From: an uncultured SAR86 cluster bacterium
Lineage (GTDB): Bacteria > Pseudomonadota > Gammaproteobacteria > Magnimaribacterales > TMED112
Direction of reading: 5' to 3'
Assembly (NCBI GenBank): GCA_902610995.1
Contig: CACLXU010000001.1
Location: 47,207-111,206 of the forward strand
Length of the DNA: 64,000 nt
This document shows positions 20,358 to 29,475 of this stretch, one piece after another. The notes under the pieces are model-generated. The model ran no database searches and was not told the origin of the DNA. It saw only the letters and a program-made list of their open reading frames with translations. The first letter of the stretch is position 1; every line of letters starts with the position of its first letter. Position numbers and translations under genes: made by a program.

Positions 20358-21252
20358 CCTGAAAGTTGTAATCATTGGCTTTGGCTCAATAGGCAGCAAA
20401 CATCACTCTTATTTAAAGAACAGACCAGAGGTTGCCAAAATTGCAATTCTCTCTAGCAGATCTAAAGATGAGCTTCCTGAGATGAAACTTGAAAAATTTG
20501 AAGATGTAAAAAAATTTGATCCAGATATTTTATATATATGTAATCAAACCTCGAAGCATGAATTAGAGTTAAGCAGAATTGAAAAAAATTTTTCTAAAAA
20601 AATTATTATCATTGAGAAGCCTCTCTCTAACAATTACATAAACTTAGATTTATATAAGCTAAACAAGTATTTTGTTGGATACAATCTTAGATATCATCCT
20701 TTAATTGACTTTTTAAAGAATAAAGTTGAGCTATCTGGCTTTGTCAAAGCTGAAATTTCAGTTCAAACAGATCTAAGGAAATGGAGAAAAACAGATTACA
20801 AATCTAGTTATAGTGCAAAATCTAATGAAGGTGGAGGTGTTGCTCTAGATTTAAGTCATGAAGTTGATTATTGCAGATATTTATTTGGAGACCTTGATAA
20901 AATATTTTCAGAGAAGAGAAAAATTTCGAACTTAGAAATTGATTCAGAGGATCAATTTAGTTTAATTGCACAGATCCCTAATGAAGAGAGTTTATTGAAT
21001 TTTAATTTTTCTTATTTTGCTCAAAAAGAAGAAAGAAGTATTAAGATTTTTTTTAATGATAAATTACTTCACTGTGATCTAATAAATTCATCAATTATTG
21101 AAATAAAAAATGGAGAAGAAAAATTGATTAAACTTGATGCCTACGTCCAAGAGCGTACTTTAGAAGAACAGTTTATTGACATTATTTCAAATGATGCACC
21201 TAAAGCAGCTACAATTACTGATGGACAGAAAGTTTTGGAACTAGTTTTATGA
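20344..21252 (+). CDS. Gfo/Idh/MocA oxidoreductase (PtmF/ElaA-like)
   Basis: IIGFGSIG, IEKPL, VGYNLRYHP, GGGVALDLSHEVD; likely start is the TTG at 20344. Confidence 0.85.
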   Translation: MKKSNLKVVIIGFGSIGSKHHSYLKNRPEVAKIAILSSRSKDELPEMKLEKFEDVKKFDPDILYICNQTSKHELELSRIEKNFSKKIIIIEKPLSNNYINLDLYKLNKYFVGYNLRYHPLIDFLKNKVELSGFVKAEISVQTDLRKWRKTDYKSSYSAKSNEGGGVALDLSHEVDYCRYLFGDLDKIFSEKRKISNLEIDSEDQFSLIAQIPNEESLLNFNFSYFAQKEERSIKIFFNDKLLHCDLINSSIIEIKNGEEKLIKLDAYVQERTLEEQFIDIISNDAPKAATITDGQKVLELVL

Positions 21253-21948
21253 AGAATAAGCAGATTCTATGTACTATTTGTGCAAGAGGTGGCTCAAAGG
21301 GCCTGCCTAATAAAAACTTATTAAAGATTGGTGATAAAAGCCTGATTGGACATACATTGTCTCAAGCTAAAGCAATTGATGCTATAGATTGCATAATTGT
21401 TTCATCAGATTCTAATGAGATTCTTAAAGAGGGCGAAATCTATGCCGCAGATATTCTTTTGCAGAGAAGCGCCAAACTTGCTTCTGACGATGCAGGAAAA
21501 ATAGATGCAATAATTGATTGTCTTAATCATGCTGAGAGTAATCTTAATAAGCATTTTGATTATGTTATAGATCTTGATGTTACATCACCTCTTAGAAACC
21601 TAATTGATATTGAAAATTGCCTTGAATTTACTAAAGATCAGGGGTTTAAAAATCTTATAACTGTCACAAATTCAAAAAAAAAATCCATACTTTAACCAGA
21701 TAGAGATTACAAATGAAGGTCCACAACTTGTAAAAAGTGGGCATAATATCAAAGGCAGGCAATCTGCGCCAAAGGTTTATGACATGAATGCCTCAATATA
21801 CGTTTGGTCTAGAGATTTTTTAATAAATGAAAAAACTCTATTTTCCAGAGATACTATTGTTTATGATATGCCTGAGGAAAGATCATTAGATATTGATAAT
21901 GAGTTAGATTTTAAAATTGTGAAACACCTAATAGAAAATGAGCTTTAA
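21249..21948 (+). pseudogene. neuA: CMP-nonulosonic acid synthetase (NeuA/LegF/PtmB), frameshifted at an A10 tract
   Basis: ICARGGSKGLPNKN and LDVTSPLR in the first frame, which stops at 21695. Removing one A from 21674-21683 gives SKKNPYFNQ...RQSAPKVYDMNASIY...SLDIDNELDF, a 232-aa protein ending at TAA 21948. Confidence 0.9.
21674..21683 (+). repeat. A10 homopolymer at the neuA frameshift
   Basis: ttc-aaaaaaaaaa-tcc, counted directly. Confidence 0.9.
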
Positions 21949-22723
21949 AGTAAATACAAGTCTTGATGGCAAAAAAGTTATCTTGCTGGGAGCTGGCCAG
22001 ATTGGCGCTAAAGTTTTGGACTATATTAATGAATTTGATACAGAAGTGTTGATTATTGATATAGATAAGCCGGGGAATATTAAAGAGGACAACCAATTTG
22101 AGCACTTTGATTGTACAAAATTAGACAAAATTGCATCTACATTTGAAAACGTGATACTAGAGTTCGGAGTGCCTGATTTTTTTATAAATGCTTCATATCC
22201 AAAAAATTCTAATTGGGCTAATTGTGATTTTGATAATCAAAACTCCCTAGATACGATTGAAAATATAAACTTCCATTTAGGTTCGTATACTGTTTTATCA
22301 AAGATCGTTTGTGAAAAAATGAAATCAGCAGATGTAAGTGGATCAGTTGTTCTTTTAAATTCAATTTATGGAATTGTTGCTCAAGACGAAGAATTATATG
22401 CAGAAGAAAAGATAAATATGAGTGTGCCTTATCCAGTTATTAAATCAGGGATTGGTGGACTTACAAGACAGCTGAGCTCTTATTATGGAAAATATGGTAT
22501 AAGAATAAATTCAATTTGTTCTGGGGGCATTAAGGGCAAAGTTTCTGGTTCAGAAGCAGATATGGATAACAGTTTTGCTGAGAAATACCTTAAAAAGGTC
22601 CCTCTTAGAAGGATGGCAACAACTGATGATATTGCAAATATGGTATGTTTTCTAGGATCAGATGCATCGAGTTATATCACCGGTCAAAACATTCCAGTTG
22701 ACGGTGGGTATAGTGTTATATGA
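21938..22723 (+). CDS. SDR oxidoreductase (PtmA/ElaC-like)
   Basis: GAGQIG, INASYP, NSIYG, YPVIK, IRINSI, SYITGQNIPVDGG. Confidence 0.85.
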   Translation: MSFKVNTSLDGKKVILLGAGQIGAKVLDYINEFDTEVLIIDIDKPGNIKEDNQFEHFDCTKLDKIASTFENVILEFGVPDFFINASYPKNSNWANCDFDNQNSLDTIENINFHLGSYTVLSKIVCEKMKSADVSGSVVLLNSIYGIVAQDEELYAEEKINMSVPYPVIKSGIGGLTRQLSSYYGKYGIRINSICSGGIKGKVSGSEADMDNSFAEKYLKKVPLRRMATTDDIANMVCFLGSDASSYITGQNIPVDGGYSVI

Positions 22724-23937
22724 CCGAAATACCAAAGTGGCTTATATCTGATCAGATAATTACAAACTCATTTCGAAACTTATCTATCGAAAAAGGTGTT
22801 GGATTTCAGAGGATTATTTTCTTTTTTATTGCGTCAATGAGCATACCTCTAGCTTTTTTATTATCAAACTTAGTATTAGCAATTTATAAGGTGAGGAATA
22901 GAAATGTTAACAAAGAGTTTAATCACAATGACTTTCTTATTGGTAATGACTACGAGACTGACTATTTTTACTCAAAAAGAATCTTAAAAAATAAAGGAAA
23001 GAAATTTGAGCAATTTAATCAGTTTGATCCATCCAATTTTGTTAATAATGATATTGGTTTTTTTGATTATCAAATAATTTTAATTGAAGCATGCAAAGAC
23101 CTTCTCAAAATCACAAAGGTTGTAGGGGCAAATGCAAAGTTTTTAATATTTATTTCATCGCTAAGAAATATATTATTTTACGTAATTTATAGGACATTCT
23201 TTAGATACCATAAAAAAAGGGGTGTTAGTGATATTCATCTAATTTCAATGCCTTTAAATCTTATGTGTGCAATTGAAAAGGAAGGTCTTAATTGTAACGT
23301 CTATCTTCATGGATTATCAGTAAAAGTTCTTCCGGACCAAGTTCCAACTTTGACTAAACTGTTCTTATTTTCAAGAGATGAAAAAGACTATTTTTCAAAA
23401 TTTGTACCTATTGAAAAAATTCAAATTTATGACACAAATAAAATCAAAGATCATAATAATGTTGCCATTATATTGTTAAGGCAAACTCTAAAATTTGATG
23501 AAAAATCAGATGATAAGATGAATATGGTTGATATTGAAGCAGTGAAGACATTTGCAGACAAAAATAATCTAGAACTATATTTTAAGATTCATCCAAAAAC
23601 AGACGAAAATAAAATAAATACTCTAAATAAAATTTTAAAGATTGATGAAAATCAACTGCTTTTAAACAGAACACCAGTTGTAGAAAATATATTGGCACTA
23701 AAACCAAAAATAATTTTTGGTTGGTTTTCTAGCGGCTTAGCGGAGTCATTGAATTATGATGTTCTGCCAGTTGCAATAGAGGAAAAATCAAAATCAAAGA
23801 AAATAAATGAACTATCAAATTTTGATTATAAGAAAAGAAGTTTGAGCTTTTATGATCAAACAACAATTCTTAAAGATGCAATTCAAGATAAAAATCAGTT
23901 TAGAGAAACTATTAATCTTTTAAAGAACAATGAATAG
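22720..23937 (+). CDS. Hypothetical protein; candidate nonulosonic-acid transferase
   Basis: Long ORF with YLHG, FKIHP and WFSSG motifs recalling the HP and S/T-S motifs of CMP-sugar GT-B transferases; supported by context. Confidence 0.45.
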   Translation: MTEIPKWLISDQIITNSFRNLSIEKGVGFQRIIFFFIASMSIPLAFLLSNLVLAIYKVRNRNVNKEFNHNDFLIGNDYETDYFYSKRILKNKGKKFEQFNQFDPSNFVNNDIGFFDYQIILIEACKDLLKITKVVGANAKFLIFISSLRNILFYVIYRTFFRYHKKRGVSDIHLISMPLNLMCAIEKEGLNCNVYLHGLSVKVLPDQVPTLTKLFLFSRDEKDYFSKFVPIEKIQIYDTNKIKDHNNVAIILLRQTLKFDEKSDDKMNMVDIEAVKTFADKNNLELYFKIHPKTDENKINTLNKILKIDENQLLLNRTPVVENILALKPKIIFGWFSSGLAESLNYDVLPVAIEEKSKSKKINELSNFDYKKRSLSFYDQTTILKDAIQDKNQFRETINLLKNNE

Positions 23938-24856
23938 AGAACCTAAGATCTCAGTAATTATGTCAGTTTTTAATGGTTCAAAATTTCTAGCTGATGCAAT
24001 TCAAAGCATTCTTAACCAGACTTTTAAAGAGTTTGAATTGATTATTGTAGATGATGGATCAACAGACAATAGTCTAAATATTATAAGATCGTTCGAATCT
24101 GCAGATTCCAGAATAAAAGTTATTTCTAAATTAAATGAGGGGCTAGCAAAATCATTGAATGCTGCAATAAGTGCTTCTCAAGGAGATTTCATAGCAAGAA
24201 TGGATGCTGATGATATCAGCTATAAAAATCGACTTGAAAAACAGTATGAATATATGCAAAAAAATAAATCTATTGATTTATGTGGTTGCAGTATGGATAT
24301 CATTGATGAACATGGCAATGTGACTTCAGAAAAGATTCAGATATCAAATCCTGATGAAATTCTTAAAAAGAGATACTTTCAATCACCAATTCTGCATATT
24401 ACATTCTTTGGAAAAAAATCTTTTTTTGCAAAACATAATGGCTACAGAGAGGAATTCAAATATGCACAAGATTATGACCTAGTTATGAGAGGAATTAATG
24501 CAGGTGCCAAAATTTGCAATATAAAAGATAAATTGGTTCAGTATAGAGACTATCAACAAAAAGTTGAGCCAATAAAATTTATACAACAATTTAGAATGAC
24601 AGAGCTTATAGTTAAGCTCTCTAAAGAAAGGGAACACTTGGGGAAGGAAGTATCCAATTTAAATTCCGAAATTTCTGCAATCCTTAAAGTGAATAGCTTT
24701 GATTTGTTAGTTACAAAAATTTTTTTAAGCACATATTTTTTAAAGAATTCTTTACTTAATAGCATATTGAAAAAAATTGTTAATCTCTTTGTATTCGTTT
24801 TAAATCGTGACTTAAGACGGTTGTTGATTCGAGATTTTAGAGCATATAAGTTATAA
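23930..24856 (+). CDS. Glycosyltransferase family 2
   Basis: ISVIMSVFN, IIVDDGSTD, ARMDADD, AQDYDL. Confidence 0.93.
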   Translation: MNREPKISVIMSVFNGSKFLADAIQSILNQTFKEFELIIVDDGSTDNSLNIIRSFESADSRIKVISKLNEGLAKSLNAAISASQGDFIARMDADDISYKNRLEKQYEYMQKNKSIDLCGCSMDIIDEHGNVTSEKIQISNPDEILKKRYFQSPILHITFFGKKSFFAKHNGYREEFKYAQDYDLVMRGINAGAKICNIKDKLVQYRDYQQKVEPIKFIQQFRMTELIVKLSKEREHLGKEVSNLNSEISAILKVNSFDLLVTKIFLSTYFLKNSLLNSILKKIVNLFVFVLNRDLRRLLIRDFRAYKL

Positions 24857-24857
24857 T
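24852..24857 (+). promoter_or_regulatory. -10 hexamer TATAAT, overlapping the GT2 stop codon, 6 nt upstream of ATG; candidate leaderless promoter
   Basis: TATAAT-CCCGAC-ATG. Confidence 0.45.
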
Positions 24858-24863
24858 CCCGAC

Positions 24864-26321
24864 ATGAGTAAATCATCAAGTCTTAAAAAAGACTTTTCTG
24901 CAAGAGCTTTATGGGTTAACTATAGATCTTCAGCTATATTCCCTTTTTTTTTAGGAGCGTGTGAAGATACTCTTCTGGTCTTTCAAAACTATTGGCAGTG
25001 GAAAAGTAAAATTGAAAATCTTATTGCGAATATATTTGTAAGAGATCTAAGCGGAAAATTAATTCATTCTGAATCTTTGCAAATTGATACCCACAATCAA
25101 ATATCAATTAAGAATATTTTATCTGATGCAGAAGATATAGATAAAGGGACCATTGAAATTGAAGTAATAGGCAACAAGAATTTAGGATATCCTTTCCCTG
25201 CCATTCTTTGTTATTACAGGTCCAAGGATTACATTAGTGTTGTTCATTCTGCCGGAAGGATCTTAAATTCAAATGAAGATCATCAGACTAACACTTGGAG
25301 AGAATCAAACTTTTTATCTATTTATGATGATAACTTGTCTCCTTTTATATCGATCTTTAATGGGCAGGACGCAATGAACACAGAATTGTCTATTAAATTT
25401 TTAAAATTACCGGTTAAAGATTTAATTTTGGAAAAAAAATTTCCCTTAGAATTAAACCCTTTTGGGTCTAAAATCTTCTATGCAAATGAGTTCCTTGATG
25501 ATTCGGAGAAAAAACTCTTAAAAGGAAAAAGGTTTTTTATAGAGTTTGAACACGAAAATAAAGGTATCTTTGGAAGATATGTTGTTGGAAATTATCTCAA
25601 AAAAGCAAACATGCACTTTTGCACGCATTCATTCATGTCCGTAACTGAAAGTGGAGATATTATAGAGAGTTCCAAAGAGAACCCAGTGACTTCATTTTTA
25701 CCAGCCTTTAATAAAAAACCTTTAAACTTAAGATTAATTTCATATCCAACTAATATAAAAAGCAATGTAACTTTTAAATCTAAAGAAGCAAATATTGATG
25801 AGATAATCGAACAAGATACAGATAATATATTTAATTTTAATTCAGGCGAAGAAGCATTTGAGGGAGAACTAACAGAAGATAAATTCGTAAAGTTTTACTC
25901 AACAGATCACTGCCCTGCAAGGCTAAATATTAGTTATAACTTCTCACTTCCAAACTCTAAACATCCCACCGATATAGCTACAGGTTTTAAAGGAAATGTT
26001 TACCCAAAGAAAACTAATCATTGGGGTTCGATTGTAAATCTTCCTGATTGGAAGACTGTTTTTTTTGTGAGAAATTGCTCTCATAATCCTAAAAAAACCA
26101 AAAGTGGTGATTTAGATTTTACCTTTTTTGATAATACTAATTCGATAGAAAAACATGTTCATGTGAAAGCTGAAACATGTACAATCCTCGAATTTGAAAT
26201 GAACACTGATTTCTCTGATTTTGTTTCCTGGAAGTGCAACTCATCTGTAGGAACGATTGAAGTGTTTTGGGTTTGCTTTAACGAAGAAACAGGGGCAATA
26301 TGTGGGGACCATTCTTTTTGA
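24864..26321 (+). CDS. Hypothetical 485-aa protein with apparent internal beta-rich repeats
   Basis: Long ORF with no recognised family; three segments end in VHS / THSF / DHSF. Confidence 0.75.
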   Translation: MSKSSSLKKDFSARALWVNYRSSAIFPFFLGACEDTLLVFQNYWQWKSKIENLIANIFVRDLSGKLIHSESLQIDTHNQISIKNILSDAEDIDKGTIEIEVIGNKNLGYPFPAILCYYRSKDYISVVHSAGRILNSNEDHQTNTWRESNFLSIYDDNLSPFISIFNGQDAMNTELSIKFLKLPVKDLILEKKFPLELNPFGSKIFYANEFLDDSEKKLLKGKRFFIEFEHENKGIFGRYVVGNYLKKANMHFCTHSFMSVTESGDIIESSKENPVTSFLPAFNKKPLNLRLISYPTNIKSNVTFKSKEANIDEIIEQDTDNIFNFNSGEEAFEGELTEDKFVKFYSTDHCPARLNISYNFSLPNSKHPTDIATGFKGNVYPKKTNHWGSIVNLPDWKTVFFVRNCSHNPKKTKSGDLDFTFFDNTNSIEKHVHVKAETCTILEFEMNTDFSDFVSWKCNSSVGTIEVFWVCFNEETGAICGDHSF

Positions 26322-26322
26322 T

Positions 26323-26396
26323 TGGAGGCTGAGAACGGAATCGAACCGATGTACACGGAGTTGCAGTCCGCTGCATAACCACTCTGCCACTCAGCC
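26323..26396 (-). tRNA. tRNA-Cys (anticodon GCA), CCA encoded
   Basis: Acceptor stem GGCTGAG/CTCAGCC; U discriminator; anticodon arm GCGGA-CTGCAAC-TCCGT; T-loop GTTCGATT. Confidence 0.97.
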
Positions 26397-26398
26397 AA

Positions 26399-28105
26399 TT
26401 AAATACTTGAAGCCTTTCCTTTATCCAAGAAAATTGTTTTATCAAACTTCTCGACAATCTCTCTTCTGTGGGTAACACATAGGATAGTAATATCTTGTAT
26501 ATTTTCCAATAGATTCTTAATTTCTATCTCTGACTTTTTATCAAGTGAACTAGTAGGCTCATCTAAGATAAGAATATTTGGTTTTTTACCAAGAGCTCTT
26601 GCTAAACATAACCTTTGTATTTGGCCGCCAGAAAGTTTGTCTCCAATATTCCCTATTTCTGTATCAAGTCCGTCTTCAAGTTTATTCATAAAACCTAAGC
26701 AATCAGTTCTCTGAAGAATCTCTATAATTTCATCATCAGTTATATCCTCTTTTGACCACTTGAAGTTTTCTCTAATAGTTCCTGGAATGAGAGTAGGTTT
26801 TTGAGGAACATAACCCATAATATTCCTTATCGAACCTGAGGATATTTCTTCAATGTTTTTTTGATCAATCAAAATTTTACCCTCTCCTGGCCTCTGAAAG
26901 CCCATCAACAAATCAATTATTGTAGATTTACCTGCACCAGATTCGCCGACAATTGCGACTTTTTCTCCCTTTTGAATATCAAATGAGGCTTCGTTTAGTA
27001 CTGAGTTCTTTGCATCGTAGGAGAAAGAAACTTTATCAAAGCTTATTACCTTTTGTAGCTCATTCAATTTTTCTCCTTTCATTCTCTCTTTGTTTTGATT
27101 GAGGAAAGAATGAATTTCAAAAAACTGTCTGTATGAAGGAATATAGCCATAGTATTGATTTAAAGATGTAAAAAAGATGTTTAAAAATAATCCAAGACGA
27201 TTTGCTGAAAACATGAATGCTACAAGAAGGGGAATGCCAAGATCAAGGTAATTTTGTGAATAATAAGCAATTACAACAATAATTATAAAAATTAATGGCT
27301 CAGTAAGTGTTGCATTAACAGATGATGTCAAAGAGGATCTAAATATTGAGTCACGTAACCCTGAAATATTGCCATCAAGATTTTTAATAGATCTCTCCTC
27401 ATTACCAAAGCCTTTAACAAGTTTTATATTCGACAAAATGTTATATGTGTTATCACCAAGAAAATTCAGATTATTTACATATTTCTTTTGATAATAAGTT
27501 TTTAGGCTGTTGGCTAGCCAGGTTATTGGGAAAAATAAGAGCAACCCTAAAGCCGCCATCAGAATAGATAATGCAGGAGATATTACAAACATTGTTGATG
27601 CAAAGGCTACAACAGTTACAAATGAAAAAACTACTTTCATCAAAGCATCCATACCTGCACTCATTTTTTGAGTTTCATTTGTTAAGGTATTGGAAAGCTT
27701 TCCATAGCTATTTTTTTCAAATGAAGGAATCTTTGCTCTTACCACTACAGAAAAGAAATCGACAGAAAATATTTTTAAATAATCATAAATAGTTTTGAAT
27801 CTAAAATAATTTTCTAAGAAATTTATTAAAACTCTTAAAAGAATAACTACAACGAGAGTAGCTCCTAAAGATATCATGGAAACAGAAAAACCTATTGAGG
27901 TGATAAAATCAAATATTACCCTGCTTACTGCACTTAAATCTTCCCTGTCAGTCTGAGATACGAAGTCAACAATGGGTATTATCCCAAACACAGTCGTTGC
28001 TTGAAGCAACGCAGATAATGACATCAAAAAAAATACTACGAAAAGTGAGATCTTTGAGGATTTTACAAAACCCCAAAAGAACCCTCTGAAAGAATCAAAT
28101 TTAAT
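26399..28105 (-). CDS. MsbA/PglK-like ABC transporter (fused permease and ATPase); probable glycan flippase
   Basis: TM domain plus Walker A GESGAGKS, signature LSGGQ and Walker B LILDEPTSSLD. The frame stays open upstream of the tracked TTG at 28027 to an ATT at 28105; the start is uncertain. Confidence 0.85.
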   Translation of the reverse strand: MKFDSFRGFFWGFVKSSKISLFVVFFLMSLSALLQATTVFGIIPIVDFVSQTDREDLSAVSRVIFDFITSIGFSVSMISLGATLVVVILLRVLINFLENYFRFKTIYDYLKIFSVDFFSVVVRAKIPSFEKNSYGKLSNTLTNETQKMSAGMDALMKVVFSFVTVVAFASTMFVISPALSILMAALGLLLFFPITWLANSLKTYYQKKYVNNLNFLGDNTYNILSNIKLVKGFGNEERSIKNLDGNISGLRDSIFRSSLTSSVNATLTEPLIFIIIVVIAYYSQNYLDLGIPLLVAFMFSANRLGLFLNIFFTSLNQYYGYIPSYRQFFEIHSFLNQNKERMKGEKLNELQKVISFDKVSFSYDAKNSVLNEASFDIQKGEKVAIVGESGAGKSTIIDLLMGFQRPGEGKILIDQKNIEEISSGSIRNIMGYVPQKPTLIPGTIRENFKWSKEDITDDEIIEILQRTDCLGFMNKLEDGLDTEIGNIGDKLSGGQIQRLCLARALGKKPNILILDEPTSSLDKKSEIEIKNLLENIQDITILCVTHRREIVEKFDKTIFLDKGKASSI

Positions 28106-28119
28106 AAAATACCCCGTAC

Positions 28120-29475
28120 CTAGTAAGAGTAGCTATCTTCTTTAAATGGGCCATCTTTATCGACCCCAATGTAATCAGCCTGTTCATTTGTTAATTTAGT
28201 CATTGTGCCACCAAATCCTTTAACCATCAATTCAGCTACCTCCTCGTCTAATTTCTTCGGAAGGACTTTTACGTATAAGCTTTCGCTCTTTTTGTCTGGA
28301 TCTAGATCAGCAAATTTTTCCTTGAAAAGATGAATTTGAGCCAAAACTTGATTGCAGAAAGATCCATCCATTACTCTACTTGGATGACCAGTAGCAACAG
28401 CTAAATTGACTAATCGACCCTCAGCTAAAAGTAACAGGTAATCATTCTCACCTCTTATTATTTTGTGAACTCCAGGTTTAATCTCAAGCCATTCATATTT
28501 TTTTAGGTATTCAACGTCAATTTCATTATCAAAATGACCAATATTACACACAACACATGAAGACTTAAGCTCATCAAGAACATATCTATCTAAAACATTT
28601 ACATTTCCAGTTGTTGTAACAACTAAATCATACCTCTTAAGCAAATCACCATTTACATTTTTACCATCTTCAGTAACAACTCCTTCTTTATATGCTGAGA
28701 CTACCTCATAACCATCAAAACAAGCCTGCATTGCACAAATAGGATCAACTTCTGTAACATCAACAATCATCTTTTGCTGTTTCAGGCTATCGGCTGAACC
28801 TTTACCAACATCTCCATAACCTATAACTAAAGCTTTCTTTCCAGACAAAAGCATATCAGTTGCTCTCTTGATAGCATCATCTAGACTATGTCTGCAACCA
28901 TACTTATTATCGTTCTTTGATTTTGTAATTGAATCATTAACATTTATGGCAGGTACTCTCAAGGTTCCTGAGGATAGCATCTCTTTGAGCCTATGAACCC
29001 CCGTTGTTGTTTCCTCAGAAACCCCATGTATAGTCTCTAACATATCTGGATACTCATTATGAATCTTGGCAGTCAAATCCCCTCCATCGTCAAGAATCAT
29101 ATTTGCATCCCAAGGCTTTCCATCTTTGCAAATTGTTTGTTCTAAGCACCATTCATATTCATCTTCAGTCTCACCCTTCCATGCAAACACTGGTATTCCT
29201 TGATCAGCAAGTGCTGCTGCAGCATGGTCTTGTGTTGAAAAAATATTACATGAAGACCATCTCACCTCTGCACCTAGATCAATAAGTGTTTCAACTAGTA
29301 CAGCAGTTTGAATGGTCATATGAATACATCCAACAATTCTTGCACCTTTTAAAGGTTGTTCTGATCTATATCTCTCTCTTAACTGCATTAGAGACGGCAT
29401 TTCATCCTGTGCAAGAAGAATTTCTTGCCTTCCAAATTCAGCTAAATTTATATCTTTGACTTTATAATCGCTCAT
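28120..29475 (-). CDS. ahcY: Adenosylhomocysteinase
   Basis: [47 protein letters not shown]. Confidence 0.97.
   Translation of the reverse strand: MSDYKVKDINLAEFGRQEILLAQDEMPSLMQLRERYRSEQPLKGARIVGCIHMTIQTAVLVETLIDLGAEVRWSSCNIFSTQDHAAAALADQGIPVFAWKGETEDEYEWCLEQTICKDGKPWDANMILDDGGDLTAKIHNEYPDMLETIHGVSEETTTGVHRLKEMLSSGTLRVPAINVNDSITKSKNDNKYGCRHSLDDAIKRATDMLLSGKKALVIGYGDVGKGSADSLKQQKMIVDVTEVDPICAMQACFDGYEVVSAYKEGVVTEDGKNVNGDLLKRYDLVVTTTGNVNVLDRYVLDELKSSCVVCNIGHFDNEIDVEYLKKYEWLEIKPGVHKIIRGENDYLLLLAEGRLVNLAVATGHPSRVMDGSFCNQVLAQIHLFKEKFADLDPDKKSESLYVKVLPKKLDEEVAELMVKGFGGTMTKLTNEQADYIGVDKDGPFKEDSYSY

Noticed and set aside
24944..24952. Other A/T homopolymers of 8-9 nt (here, and near 3793, 28026, 34799, 40910)
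   Set aside because: Reading frames are intact, and such runs are expected in AT-rich DNA; only the neuA A10 coincides with a frameshift.
5837..26396. Integrative element or prophage with att-site duplications at the tRNAs
   Set aside because: I saw no integrase, transposase or duplicated tRNA 3' fragment by eye; an exact-repeat search would be needed to exclude short att sites.
26159..26478. Three short ORFs overlapping the tRNA-Cys region
   Set aside because: They are shadow translations of tRNA-Cys and the flanking CDS ends.
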